Shown: positions 39,748 to 53,789 of the stretch, piece after piece
Layout: each line of letters opens with the position of its first letter
Position numbering within the stretch: position 1 is the stretch's first letter
NCBI GenBank assembly: GCA_964016885.1
Contig: OZ024743.1
Location: 302,188,001 to 302,252,000 of the forward strand
Source of the DNA: Eledone cirrhosa
Taxonomy: Eukaryota
Length of the DNA stretch: 64,000 nt
Direction of reading: 5' to 3'
Notes under the pieces: generated by a model
Told to the model about the DNA's origin: nothing
What the model saw: the letters and a program-made list of their open reading frames with translations, nothing else
The model's database searches: none
Translations under genes and position numbers: made by a program

Positions 39748-42127
39748 AAGTTATATTTAAAATTGTTGGGTTACAACTAGTAAATATTTATAACTGATAT
39801 AAAAGCACTCGACAAATACTTGGAGTATATTTACAATATTAAATAAATGGAAAACTATATTTATAAAACCATATTTATTTCATTATATATATTTCGGGGA
39901 TATCATATTAACAATATGCTATGCCTTCATCAGACAAAATACAATATAAACAGTTTTATAGATAAATATATTCGACATACCGTAATAAACATCAACTTCA
40001 TTTGAAGAGGTTCACTCTAGCAGTGAAAATACAGAGAGAAAGAAAGAGAGAGAGAAAAGAGGGAAATAAGAAAGAAAGAAAGACAAAACGAAGAAAAGGA
40101 AGAAAAAGAAGAAAAAAAAGAAGAAATGCATGGGACAAAATAGAGAGATGGAAAAATAGATAAAGCGAAGAGCTTCATGTAAAGAGACCGAAAGAGATAT
40201 ATATATATAGAGAGAGAGAGAGGAAATAGAGATAGATACATATATAAATATAGATATAGAAAAATTAGGTAGTGGGAGGTCATTTTGAGTAAGTGTATCA
40301 ATTAATTCATCCTCTGAGACATGTGACCTCTGCGCAGAGGAGATATTCTTTATACTAAAATCTAAAAATTCCCTTAACCTACGAACAAATTTATTCAGTT
40401 GTTGCAAACATAGATTAAACTCAACGTTTAAATATAAATTTAAATTTAAAATGCAGTATATTTAGTTTGATTTATATTTATATGAGAACTAGCCGATAAA
40501 TCTTTTGATTCCTAAATCTTTGATTCCCTCTTTTTACTCTTTTTATTGTTTATTTTATTTTATTTATTTTTATTTTTATTTTTATTTTTATTTTTATTTT
40601 TATTTTTATTTTTATTTTTATTTTTATCTAAACATTCCTCATGAAAAATTAAGCTACCCTAAAAGCCGATGCTCCAAATTTTCTGAATTAACCTTACACT
40701 TGATAAACTTATATATTAAATATAGGAACATATGTAGACATTATTGGACATCATAATCTTTTTTTGCGATATTCCTTGCTAGATGTGATTTGATAGATAA
40801 TTTTTGGCTTTGTCTTGTAGTGAACTTGGCAATATATTGTCAATTAACCTTGAAGGGTTGTTCTTTGTGGTTTATTTTTATTTTCATTTTTATTTTTATT
40901 TTTATTTTTATTTTTATTTTTATTTTTATTTTTATTTTCATTTTTATTCTTTTAGTATTGTAGTATTCTATAATATTTTTATATTTTTATTTTTTATTTT
41001 ATCTTATTTTTTATTTTTAATATTTTTATATGAAAATTTTTATTTTTAATATTTTTATATGTAAAGTTTTAATACGTAATATTTTTAATACGTAGTATTT
41101 TTAATATGCAATATTTTTATTATGTAATATTCTTTCGTAATATTCTTTTTTTTAGTTTTCTATTCTATATTTTTATATTTTTATATATTTTTACTTATTA
41201 TCATTATTATTGTTATCTCTGCTTATAATATAATATATATTTTCGATTAGTATATTGAAATCTGCTCTCTATTTCTGCTTGATAGATAATCTTGTAGAGT
41301 AATCGCAAGAATAATAATACGCTCAAATTTTTATACCACATTGAGAATGTTTTCCGGTAACTTTGAATTTGCGGAGTGAATCAGTTGGATTCACATAGAC
41401 ATATGAATTTTTTTTAAAAAACTAAACATAAGATAATGAATTTTCACGCATTGTGAATACTTGTTTCATTCAGGAATACTGATATTTACAATATAGTGTA
41501 AGTTTTATAAATACTAATACATTAAAACATAGGGTTTTCTACGCCTCGAATATGTCTGGCTATTTTTAAATTTTTCTCTCTCTATATCTCTCTATGTCTC
41601 TCTATATATCTCCCTTACATTAATACTTGAGCTAAATAAATAAATAAATAAATAAATGCATCATTGATACACTTACTCAAAATGACCTCCCACTACCTAA
41701 TTTTTCTATATCTATATTTATATATGTATCTATCTCTATTTCCTCTCTCTCTCTATATATATATATATCTCTTTCGGTCTCTTTACATGAAGCTCTTCGC
41801 TTTATCTATTTTTCCATCTCTCTATTTTGTCCCATGCATTTCTTCTTTTTTTTCTTCTTTTTCTTCCTTTTCTTCGTTTTGTCTTTCTTTCTTTCTTATT
41901 TCCCTCTTTTCTCTCTCTCTTTCTTTCTCTCTGTATTTTCACTGCTAGAGTGAACCTCTTCAAATGAAGTTGATGTTTATTACGGTATGTCGAATATATT
42001 TATCTATAAAACTGTTTATATTGTATTTTGTCTGATGAAGGCATAGCATATTGTTAATATGATATCCCCGAAATATATATAATGAAATAAATATGGTTTT
42101 ATAAATATAGTTTTCCATTTATTTAAT

Positions 42128-42132
<5 letters not shown>
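39745..42132. mobile_element. Family-F element with ~470-bp near-identical inverted arms
   Basis: 39832-40299 is the reverse complement of 41665-42132. The AT-rich interior has (TTTTTA)n, and both sides are (TA)n. Confidence 0.92.
42024..42089 (+). ncRNA. Type I hammerhead ribozyme (partner 39876-39941 on minus)
   Basis: tattttgt-CTGATGA-agg..catattgttaatatg..ccc-GAAA-TATATATA-atgaaata. Confidence 0.75.
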
Positions 42133-42182
<50 letters not shown>

Positions 42183-42404
42183 GGATGCTTAGTAAAATCG
42201 AATCTTTGGCGGTGTGCAAGCAAATTCAATCTACTATATGAATAAGGTAGCAAAGCACTCGACAAGGTAGGTTCTTAGAGTAATAACATTAGTTTAAATA
42301 GGTTGACAAGTTGAATATTGTGGCAGGCAAAATCTACCACGCAATACCAAAGTAACGAAATAACTAACAGGTTGAGGAAAAAATACACCTGGACAAATCA
42401 AACG

Positions 42405-42444
<40 letters not shown>

Positions 42445-42544
42445 TCAGGTTATCAATAATGTAGTGATAATATATCGTTACGTTAGAGATGAACAGCGTA
42501 CGTGTAGGTTTGCTCAACGAGTATAAATTATATTCCGGAGAAAA

Positions 42545-42909
42545 TGTAGAAAAGATAAATATAAAATGAAAGTGCCTTTTTAAAATAAAAGGAATTTATT
42601 AGGTATTGACATATCTTTCTGTGACTGACGGAATACCTATGTATCGCTGCTTGCGTAATCATATAATGTGAGCAAGTATTCGATAGCAAATGTATAATCA
42701 ACTGTCACTTCTTCAGAGATTTTGGATAAATTTATCCAAAATCTCTGAAGAAGTGACAACTGATTATACATTTGCTATCGAATACTTGATAACATTATAT
42801 GATTACGCAAGCAGCGATACATAGGTATTCCGTTTGTTACAGAAACATATATCAATACCTAATAAATTCCTTTTTTTTTAAAAAAGCACTTTCATTTTAT
42901 ATTCATCTT

Positions 42910-42914
<5 letters not shown>
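42545..42914. mobile_element. Fold-back element with long-stem-II HHR-like motifs (42745-42853 +)
   Basis: Mirrored around ~42730. CTGAAGA-agtgaca..[~90 nt]..tgttaca-GAAA; the two arms together give consensus GAAACATATGTC. Stem I is weak. Confidence 0.75.
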
Positions 42915-42978
<64 letters not shown>

Positions 42979-42980
<2 letters not shown>

Positions 42981-43155
42981 GATGATATTCTACAGGACTA
43001 GAACTGTTTCATTCTTTAGAAATCATGCTGATGATTTCTAAAGAATGAAACAGTTCTAGTCCTGTAGAATCTCATCTATATTAACACTTTTATACTCTGC
43101 TATGTATTGAGTACCTTACTTACTGTGGTTACCTCCGATTCAACCCGGAATAACG
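42979..43155. mobile_element. Fold-back PLE terminus with an HHR-like core at 43029
   Basis: CTGATGA-tttctaaagaat-GAAACAGTTCTAGTC, with the same sequence at 45460. Confidence 0.75.
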
Positions 43156-43186
43156 CATATATATATTTATACACACACACACACAG

Positions 43187-43260
<74 letters not shown>

Positions 43261-43513
43261 CGAAGGAGGTGTGGTAAGGAGCAAGATAGACCATAATGCA
43301 CCAGAGTACTCAATACTTAGGGTAGTGGAATGGCTAATAGGAAAATGTTTAACCCCGATGGCAGAACTCAAGCCGATTCGACCACTATTTCTGTGTCGTT
43401 AGTCCTCCGAGGAAGGACTAACAACGCACCTAGGAGCTGGACATATCGATGTATTGACAGAGTGGGTCTCAGTTCAACAACATGTGTACCTGTCTTTTCC
43501 ATACTAATTCGTA

Positions 43514-43566
43514 CTGCCTCAAGAGATCACAGCCAATAATAGCTGTCACCGAAATATATATAGCAG
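43514..43566 (+). ncRNA. Degenerate HHR
   Basis: ctgc-CTCAAGA-gatcacagc..gctgtcacc-GAAA-TATATATA-gcag; core G5 mutated. Confidence 0.5.
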
Positions 43567-43954
43567 GTAATTTATAATAAACGATGCCATATTTTACATA
43601 TTTGACTTACTGGCATCATATATATATATAGGAAGAGATTTCAGGGAGACTTAAGGGCCCTTCCTTCATGCCTGCCTATAGTTTTGTATCTGAACATTGT
43701 CTATCCAAGTCACACACTCGAACAAATATGCTTTTTTGAAAACAAGTACTCACTGGCGCTTGTTATTGTATAGTCTCTATGCTAATGTTGATGTCCCTCT
43801 CCATTGACACAAATCTCATAGCAACACATTCCGAGACAGGAGCAAAGGGAAATAAAGTTTATTGCTCGAGTATGCAACGCGAATCACCTGGCCGGAAATC
43901 GAACTCCGACATAAATATTCGTATTTCATGCCATATATAATATATAACAAAATA

Positions 43955-44120
43955 ATTATTTCTACTTTTGGCCCAAGGCCAGCAATTCCCCAGTATATTA
44001 CTGGTACTTTATTTTATCGACCCCGTAAGGATGAAAGGCAAAGTTGACCCCGGCTGGATTTGAACTCAGAATGGAAAGGGGCGTAACTCTATGCGTCAAA
44101 GAATGACATCCGACCCTCTA
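43955..44120 (-). mobile_element. tRNA-derived SINE, 5'-truncated, next to (TAG)n
   Basis: Reverse complement of the SINE core. Confidence 0.88.
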
Positions 44121-44174
44121 AAAAAATAATGTAGTACTAGTAGTAGTAATAATAGTAGTAGTAGTAGTAGTAGA

Positions 44175-44207
<33 letters not shown>

Positions 44208-44914
44208 GAGAGTGGTGGTGGTGGCAGCAGTAGTAGTAATTATAGTACTATCAGCTGTCGTAGTAGTACTAATATAAGTAGTTAATACTATCGCTGGTGG
44301 TAGAAATAGGAGATAAATATTGTTTTTTTCTCTGAATTCTTGAACATTTTATCCTTCTATCATCCTACGTTCAATATCTAAAAAAATGTTCATCTCGTTA
44401 CATTCATCGTTACTTCTACATATAAAGAAAAGCACATGCTTTAAAACGGAAATCAGAATAATGTGAGAATACATCCAGAATTTATTACAGTACATTTACA
44501 AAAATTAGAATAATATCAGTTATTGATTTTTTTTCTTTCTGTTTATATATATATGTATATATTTTAACAACACATTTATTTCTGCTTAAAATGCACCATG
44601 CAATAAGCATGTTAAAATTAGCATATCGGCATACATATGGCTCTGTATCCTTAGTTTGTTTTATCAATAATTACCAGAGTGCATTTATCTGTATTTGACA
44701 GCATAAAAGAGAAATTGCATGCCTAGTAAAAGTGATGACTATCAATTTTCTTTTATAATATTTATAATATTTCTCGCTTAACACAAGGTCACATCATTTG
44801 GGCATATGATTGTACGAGTACATCGACGCCACTAGATGCACGATAACCATTTTTTTGGAGTCAAATGATGGGAAACGCCGCATCAAACAACGCAATATAT
44901 TGGGCAATATTCTC

Positions 44915-44985
<71 letters not shown>

Positions 44986-45064
44986 AATATATATATATAT
45001 ATATATTTATAAATATATATATATAAAAATATACAGGGGTGTGTATGATTGTGTATAGAAAATT

Positions 45065-45414
45065 ATATTATTAAAAGGAATTTCAACTTTGTTTGATTTA
45101 CTCGTATTATTTACAATCCTTTCAAATTATAATGATATTATAGTGAAATAGTATGGTAGAATATTAAATATTAAATGTTAATTGAACAAGTACTTTCATG
45201 CTTTCGCAATCTTCAGCTTCATATTGAGTGGTGACAGTCAAGTTTGCAATTTTCAACTCTCACAGTTGAAAATTGCAAACTTGACTGTCACCACTGAACA
45301 TGAACCGGAAGATTGCGAAAGCATGAAAGTATCTGTTCAATTAAAATTTAACATTTAATATTCTACCATTGTATTTATTACATTATAGTATCATTACAGT
45401 TGTAATTCCTCTTA

Positions 45415-45420
<6 letters not shown>
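45065..45420. mobile_element. Fold-back element with HHR-like motifs (45183-45221 -, 45301-45340 +)
   Basis: Mirrored around ~45261. Arm consensus tgaac-CTGAAGA-ttgcgaaagcat-GAAA-GTACTT-gttca. Confidence 0.75.
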
Positions 45421-45457
<37 letters not shown>

Positions 45458-45506
45458 TCCTGATGATTTCTAATGAATGAAACAGTTCTAGTCCTGTAGA
45501 ATCTCA

Positions 45507-45555
<49 letters not shown>

Positions 45556-45700
45556 CAAAGGAATTGTGGTAAGGAACCAGATATATATATAGTTTAACAG
45601 CTACAATGCGCAAATTGGAATTTCAAATATGCTGACGGAAGAATTTGGACAAAGTCAACCCCAGATATCGCGTTTCCAAGCTGAAACCTATATGCCTGGC

Positions 45701-45758
<58 letters not shown>

Positions 45759-45784
45759 TATAATTATGTGTGTGTGTGTGTATA

Positions 45785-45955
45785 TAGTGTTGGAAATTAA
45801 GGCGACACAAACAAGTGATGGAAAATTTCCTTTCGTCAGCTGTTTACTACGGGTCAAGATATTTCGGCGCATTATAAACATCTATGACACGTAGTAAACA
45901 GCTGTCGAAGGGGAAAATTCCATCCCGTGTTTGTATCGCCTTACCTTCCAACATT
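45785..45955. repeat. Fold-back element
   Basis: tgttggaa..aaggcga.acaaaca..gatggaa...cagctgtttactacg.gtca is inverted at ~45885-45955. Confidence 0.75.
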
Positions 45956-46011
45956 CGTTATCAGTAACCACACAGCCTCGCCTTCCCCAACCCATATTGT
46001 TGTATATATAT

Positions 46012-46851
46012 AGGTCTGGTTATCATTTATTTGTTATCATTTATTTTGTTTTGACCTGTTTCTCTTCATTTGGTATTTGGATTGGGTGTTTAATGCCTTC
46101 TTGACCACCTTTTCTGTTTCGTATAGCTTCTTAACACATTGTTTAGCTCTGGTTTTTAACTATTGAGCACTTTGCCAGTATCATTTCTGAATTTTGCGTT
46201 TCGCTTCGCTTTTCCTGACCGTTGAAATGCGATTCTCGCTGAATCTTTATTTGTACTAATCTCCCGTGTCTTACAATTAACTTGTTAATAATTTCTATTG
46301 ACAGGTTAATTGTATAAGTTTATTTTAAAACTACTCGGTTGAGAAGTTATTCGATTCGTGCTATTTATGCTATTTTTCACATGATTTACACTAACTGAAT
46401 TACTTTGCCAAAATCCCCTTGTGATTCCCACACGTGGTTTAACTTACCACCGTGTCATTCACTTATTTGGTACAGAGCGAAATACCTGTTGATAACGTGA
46501 TATTACTTGTTCGATCGTTATACACAAAGCTTATATTTTTAAGCAGACTGTATTTTGATTTAGGTGTCACAGAAACTCTTCATCGAATTTTAACAGCAAT
46601 TCCGGGAGAGAAGGTCTGGTTATCATTTATTTTTTTATCTTTTATTTTGTTTTGACCTGTTTAGCTTGATTTAGTTTTTGGCTTGGGTGGTTAATGGTTC
46701 TTGATCAGCTTTTCAGTTTTGTATGGGTTCTTAACATATTGTTCAGCTCTGGTTTTTAACTATTGAGCACTTTGCCAGTATCATTTCTGACTTTTGAGTT
46801 TCGCTTCGCTTTTCCTGCCCGCCGAAATGCGATTCTCGCTGAATCATTATT

Positions 46852-46855
<4 letters not shown>
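46012..46855. mobile_element. Direct-repeat-flanked element (~240 bp repeat / ~355 bp interior / ~240 bp repeat)
   Basis: 46012-46255 matches 46612-46855, both starting aggtctggttatcatttattt. Flanked by (TA)n. Confidence 0.8.
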
Positions 46856-46926
<71 letters not shown>

Positions 46927-46927
<1 letters not shown>

Positions 46928-47276
46928 TACAATATTAAATAAATGGAAACGATATTTATAAAACCATATTTATTTCATTATATATATTTCAGGGATATCA
47001 TATTAACAATATGCTATGCCTTCCTCAGACAAAATACAATATAAACAGTTTTATAGATAAATAGATTCGACATACCGTAACAACATCGACTTGTATTTGA
47101 AAAGGTTGATTTGGCAGTGAAAAAATTGTACACAGAGAGAAAGAAAGAGAGAACAAAAAAAAAAAAAAGGAAAGAAAGACAGAAAACGAAGAAAAAGAAG
47201 AAAAAGAAGAAATGCATGGAACAAAATAGAGAGATGGAAAGATAGATAAAGAGAAGAACTTCATGTAAAGAAACAG

Positions 47277-47310
<34 letters not shown>

Positions 47311-47853
47311 GAAATAGAGATAGATACATATATATAGAAAACTAGGTAGTGGGACGTCTGTTGGGTAAACGTATCAATGATACATTTATTTATTTATTTA
47401 TTTATTTAGCTCTAGTATTAATGTAAGGGAGATATATGGAGAGAAACCAGCTGTTATATATATAGAGAAAAAAATATATAGAGAGAAAAAAATATATCTT
47501 CGTTTTCTGTCTTTCTTTCCTTTTTTTTTTTTCTTTTTTTTTTCTCTCTTTCTTTCTCTCTGTGTACAATTTTTTCACTGCCAAATCAACCTTTTCAAAT
47601 ACAAGTCGATGTTGTTACGGTATGTCGAATCTATTTATCTATAAAACTGTTTATATTGTATTTTGTCTGAGGAAGGCATAGCATATTGTTAATATGATAT
47701 CCCTGAAATATATATAATGAAATAAATATGGTTTTATAAATATAGTTTCCATTTATTTAATATTGTAAATATACTCCAAATACTTGTCGAGTGCTTTTAT
47801 ATCAGTTATAAATATTTACTAGTTGTAACCCAACAATTTAAATATAACTTTCC
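46927..47853. mobile_element. Family-F fold-back element with paired HHRs (46971-47036 -, 47659-47724 +)
   Basis: Arms 46927-47190 and 47499-47766. Core CTGAGGA in both arms. Confidence 0.9.
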
Positions 47854-48512
47854 ATATATATATATATATATATATGTGCGAAAAACCACAGAGCCTCCAT
47901 CTCAACTCTACTTTCGAAAATCAGAAGAACTGCGAAACCGGTAAAGGAACCAAATAAATATATATATTTGTTATAATATATCCTTTCATCTTTTTTTCTT
48001 TACACTTTCACTCGTTATTTTTCATTTTGTAAAAAAATGTCACCTTCTAATATATATTTATATATATATAATCGCAAAAGGCATACAGCTAACAAAATGC
48101 GCTGCACCATTTTAGTTCATTTCAGCCTTAGTACAAGCTAATACATTCAAAATATAGTTTAGTAGCAGTATGTTTATATTAATCGTTGAAGTTCTTTCGG
48201 TACACATTGTGACGGTTTCAATAAATAATCTTACTAATCACATTGGTTTCTACATTTTATTCACTTCATCTTGAATACTGTTTGTTGTTATTTTTTCATT
48301 TAATTTCACTGACATTCTCCGTTTCGACACTCACACACATTATCGCATATCCAGCATTGTCATGTTACCCAAGTGAATGTCACATGATCTTGTGCATCAG
48401 CTTATCGTCTACTCAGCGTAGACGAACTTGCCTAACTTCAGAATGTTCACTAAATCATCTTCCTGTCAAACATACATTTTATTCTGAGGTTTTTTTACAT
48501 ATAATATATTTA

Positions 48513-48660
48513 GAAGAAGAAGAAGAAGAAGAAGAAGAAGAAGAAGAAGAAGAAGAAGAAGAAGAAGAAGAAGAAGAAGAAGAAGAAGAAGAAGAAAAAG
48601 AAAATAATAAGAAGAACAGAAGAAGAAGAAGAAGAAGAAGAAGAAGAAGATAAAGAAGAA
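48513..48660. repeat. (GAA)n microsatellite
   Basis: Directly visible. Confidence 0.97.
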
Positions 48661-48724
48661 GCACCAGCAGCAGCGGCGCAAAACATCTACAGCGTTTCTG
48701 TTATCATTGATCTAGGTAATAATA

Positions 48725-48945
48725 AATGTTTCTATTTTTGGCATAAGGCCATCAATTAACCAGTGTATTACTGGTACTTTATTTTATCGAACCCGTAAGG
48801 ATGAAAGGTTAACCTCGGCGGGATTTGAACTCAGAATGGCAAGGGTTGTAACTCTATTCGTCAAAGCATGGAGTCCGACCCTCTAAAATAATACTGATCA
48901 TCCGCATCTACTATATAAGTAATGTTTTAGTACTGCTGCTGCTAG

Positions 48946-49011
<66 letters not shown>

Positions 49012-49062
49012 CACCACTACTACTACTACTACTAAATACTACTAATGTTGCTTCTGTTGATG

Positions 49063-49124
<62 letters not shown>

Positions 49125-49388
49125 ACTGATGCTGCTGCTATTACTGCTGTTGCTACTACTAAAACTACTGCTACTATTGATACTATTATTGTTATTGTTA
49201 TTATTATGGCAGTATCATTAGAGAGTCGGACGCCATGCGTACCAGCATAGAGTTACGTCCCTTTATGGACCGAGTTCAAATCCCGCCAAGGTTAACTTTG
49301 CCTTTAATCCTTATGGGGCTGATGAAATAAAGTACCAGTAATATACAGGGTGATTGCTGACCTTGTGCCAAATGTAGAAACAATTATT
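48725..49388. mobile_element. Two divergent SINEs (48725-48885 -, 49207-49388 +) separated by (TAC/TGC)n
   Basis: SINE cores on opposite strands with a trinucleotide tract at 48930-49200. Confidence 0.85.
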
Positions 49389-50389
49389 ATTGATATTATT
49401 TCTGTCGTTAGATATAACTTGTCATACCCGGAAAATATACGTATATAGTGTTAGGCAGATGAAAAGACCTGCAAGTCAGCTCTTGGACTTTATTTCATTT
49501 AGCTTCATGAATATAATTACCACTAAAAAAAAAAATCAAAAAAAATCGACGTCAAGTGATATTTATATTAAATATTTCTCTAGTGGTAACATTCAATGTT
49601 TACATCGCCGATCTTCATTAACTGCCCTAATATATTTACTATTGCCTGAACTTGTCTCTGTGATCAAAGTTCTCCATTAATGCTAACTCTCAGTAGATCA
49701 TTGCTTACCAAGCATAATATATGTTTTCGGATTTATTTGGCGTGATTCCAGTTTTATATAAACAGCATGGATCCCAGGACCGATGTGAAATATCAAAAAC
49801 AATTTTTCTGTTATCATTCTCGTATCATTCATGCCATAGTAAGAGTTATATTTTCCCACCATTTTCATTAAATTATGTTTTGCTTTTGTTGTTTTTTTCT
49901 AAACGTTGCTTCATATTTCGTACACGTTCCCTTTTACAACGGAACAAATTAACATAAAAATACAGTCATAAATTTGAATTTGGATCCGTTGCATAAAAAT
50001 ATCGCTCTCCAAATACAAAGCAACGTACTTAATATTAATATTTTTATACTGAATTATTGGCGGTATATATAACACCGTATAAAATGCTGCAAAGAGAATT
50101 AGGAGTCAAACATATCTAATCAATATTACATTTGGGAGCTCACATGCTGCATAGAAACTCAATTACAGTTCGGAAAATAAAATCTTACCATTGATATTTG
50201 TATGAATATGCGATGTATGCATAATGTATTACTGGTATTTCTTTTGTCACTTAGAGTTCAGTGCAAAGAAAAAAACATTGGAATGTTTACAGCGACAATT
50301 TCGCATTTCAATCTCAGAGGGTCGATTAATCAGTGTACCGGTCAAGTATAGGTATCGATTAGCCTCTGAGCCCACTCAGAAAGCATTAT

Positions 50390-50595
50390 TAGCAGTGTCG
50401 TCAGAGCATCGGACACCATGCTTTATGACATAAGGTTACGCCCCTTTACGATATGAGTTAAAATAATGCCTACGTTAGCTTTGCGTTTCATCCTTCTGGG
50501 GTCGATACAATAAAGTACCACTAATGCATTGGCGTTGATTTGATCGACTCCCACAAAACAAAAGTTGCTACCCTTGTGGCTATTTTAGAAATGTT
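50390..50595 (+). mobile_element. tRNA-derived SINE, longer variant
   Basis: Core plus an extra gttgatttgatcgactccc segment before cccttgtggc. Confidence 0.75.
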
Positions 50596-51049
50596 TAATA
50601 TAATCGTTGTTTTTGTTGTCATATATTTCTCCCTCTGTCAGCTCTAAACACAAATACACACATATATCTCACAACTATAAGCACATTGTCACCCATATCT
50701 GAGACAGATTCCAGAGACACCGCTTCCAACTCGTCTCGATTGCACGATTTGTGGATCCATAATACTACCAAAATTCAATGAAATAAACCAAACAAAACAT
50801 ATTGCCTCACAACAGCGCATACTCCAGAAAACACCCATAACACATACGAACACATCTAAAACGCCAAATACATCAATGCAATTATCGTCACTAACAGATA
50901 CACCAACAACATTATCATGATCCCAACATTCCTCACAAAGCGCCTTTCCTCTGACAATGCAATCTTTGTGTTTCGCATTGAAGAAATGGTTTGTACCCTT
51001 ATCACTGGTATTTTAATTACCCCCAATGGATTTAGCTAATAGCTCCCTC

Positions 51050-53300
51050 TCGTTTCAACCACTACTCTTTTCACTCTCTTCAGAGCTTCCTATCCCGATT
51101 ATTGAGGACTGTCTTTTTTTCTAATTTCACTTAATTAAAGTGTTAATCCGGTTGCTGTAGGATTTACTCGCCGGGAACGACGAGTCAAATATCTATTAAC
51201 TGAATGGTCTGTTTAGGTCGACAATGAAGATCAAGAATTGTCTGTCTGAATAGGCGACTGTTTGAAATTGTGGAAACATTATATTCCTATAAAATAACCT
51301 AATGACAACCCATCTATATACGATCTGGGTGACTCTTTGCGATGTGTCCATGTCCATACAGTCGCATTCAGAACATCTAGTCAGTAGATCTCAGAGAGTT
51401 CCATTGGCTGGATCAGATCCTTGAGGCGTGTCCATTCACCCATCCTCATCTATCGGCCACTCTCACTCAATCAAAGACGCGTTCAAGATGTCGATCCGGT
51501 CCTCTTTTAGCAGTAAAGTGCGAGACGTTCTGAGAAATGCTTCTAGACACGTGAAGAATTTCTGCCGTCCGTTGATGGCCACTAATCTAAAGGCACCACA
51601 TTCGTTATTGCTCAAATCATGGACCACCAACTTACCATCCGTAAGCAGGAAGATCGTATGTTCCACGAGATGTATGTATCTCATCAACAACACAGCCATC
51701 CCAACCCTCATTGCAGGCCAAAAAAATAGGAGTATATCCCAAGTACATCGTAAATTGGGACTGGATCCCGATTATCAGAAATACTGGTCACGCTGTCCGC
51801 AATCACATCCATAACTAGAGAAATGAAACCGTTCAGCAAGCGACATGGATTCTATGATGAGAACAGGCCAAGCACACTTATGCATCCTATATTTTTAATT
51901 GCCATGTTGTCTGGCTAGAGTTGGAAGAACAGAAAGATATCTACCTACCTGGTGGACATCGGATGTTCTTTAGGAAGCACCTTTAAAGGATTATTCGTCG
52001 TTTTTACATTGGGGGGATCCCGCATAATAAATTAAGGTAACCCTAATGATTTTATAAGTAAGGGGTCCCATTCACACCATCATCTAGTTTTGCAACACTT
52101 TGAAGCTGCTGTGGCAATATCTTCCAACCTCTCTCTCTCTCAATATCCTTGTTCGTGCTCTGTAATTAATTGGCCCATAATTTTAGCACGGTGTTCGGTG
52201 TCTGTCTGGCTGGTTATTGTCGTTTGAACTTCCCGCTGCCAGAAGAGTAGGTTTCTGTATCTTATTAATTTGACTGAGATGGGTGTTATTGTGTGATTTG
52301 TGTAGTCTTCCTGGTGCTGGTGTTGCTGTTGATGTAGCTATTGCTATTTGTGTTGTTGGCGGTGCTGTTGGTGTTCGCTGCTGGTCCAGTTGCTATAGTT
52401 GTTGTGGTACAGATCACAGCAATGGACCTCGGTTGTTCCTTTTCTTCCTTTGAGGACAAATAGTTCTCCAGTGGCCACATTCACTACATATATAGCAACA
52501 TAGCTATTTGCCCATAACGAAAACATGCAGTTTGCCTACTTTAGCAAAATAAATGTCTTTCTCTGCTAGATTCATTGCATGCCATTATGTTGCTTTTTGA
52601 ACTATTGCTGCAAATGTATTGTTAATGTAGCTATTCGTGTTTTTGCTGTTGTAGTTATAGACAATTGTGTTACCATAATTGTCTGTCTTATTATTAATTT
52701 CGTTGTTTGAATCTGTTACGTGTTTTTTATTAGTTCTGGTGGTGTTAATGCTGGTGGTAGTGTTTGTTCTCGTGTAGTAGAATTTGCACGTGTGTGGCGT
52801 TTTGACGTTGTTAAATTCGGAAGTTCTGCGTATATCTTTCTCATACTATGTTATTTGTGCTATTGTCATTGCTGTTGTTATTGTTATTTACATTATCGGT
52901 GTTTACGTTGTTGTTGCCATCTATAATGCCGATGTTGTCTCTGTTAGTGTTATTTATTTGATTTTCAGTTAGTGTAGAGGGCGTGGTGGTTGTTGTCATG
53001 GTTCTGATATTGCAGTTTGTTTTGGCTGTGTTTACTGTCCTTGTCGTGGTTACGGCAGCATTATCTGTGGCAAATATTCATAGTATTTGAAAAGCTAATT
53101 CATTCATGTTTGCTGCACGTAATATTAGTTTTTTTTTCTTTTTGTTATTGTTACTCTTACGGTTGTTATTGGTGTTGTTGGTTTTACTTTTGCTGCTTAT
53201 GTTCTCAAGGTTTTTTGAATTTTGGCTATTCTACGAATAGTCTGCTATTCTACGAATAGTCAGCTATTCTACCAATAGTCGGCTATTCTGTTTATAGTGT
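51050..53300 (-). mobile_element. Old L1/Tx1-like fragment: ORF1 remnant + APE endonuclease remnant
   Basis: FLLTDGKLVVHDLS..GAFRLVAI..FFTCLEAFLRTSRTLLL resembles an APE EN segment; Asn/Thr-rich upstream region. Confidence 0.6.
53224..53289. repeat. 19-bp tandem hairpin repeat (gctattc tac gaatagtc) x3.5
   Basis: Units at 53224, 53243, 53262 and 53281. Confidence 0.9.
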
Positions 53301-53789
53301 GCGCAAGATTTATCCCGCCTTCGTGAATTCACCAAAAATGAAAATAAAATTGATATAAAAATAAACTTAGTATTTGCTAAACGTTTCATGATTAGCCCTT
53401 ACGAGTTATAGATGGAGAAACACTAACACGATCCAGAGTAACAATTGAAATTACAACTAACTTACAGGATCGATGTGTACGACGTCTATGGAGATAATAT
53501 GGTTATTATTATAACAATGGCCACAAGGGCCGACATATAGATGACAATAAAATAGACGGGCCATAGGGGGATTTACACGAAATCGAGTAAACAATAGGAA
53601 AACAATAGCAATAGACAAAAATACAACAATGAAAATTCCCCAATCGGGTGTATAACCACCCAGGGTTGATTCAGATACCCCACCAACCCTGAACAACCCG
53701 ACTCTTCGAGGGAACATGGAAAGCGCACCTCCTCTCCTCAAATGTACCAGCCTACAGGCACATGATCTGAGTAGACACACACAAACTGG

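Noticed and set aside
53224-53289. CRISPR-like array
   Set aside because: No spacers, 19-bp tandem units, eukaryotic context.
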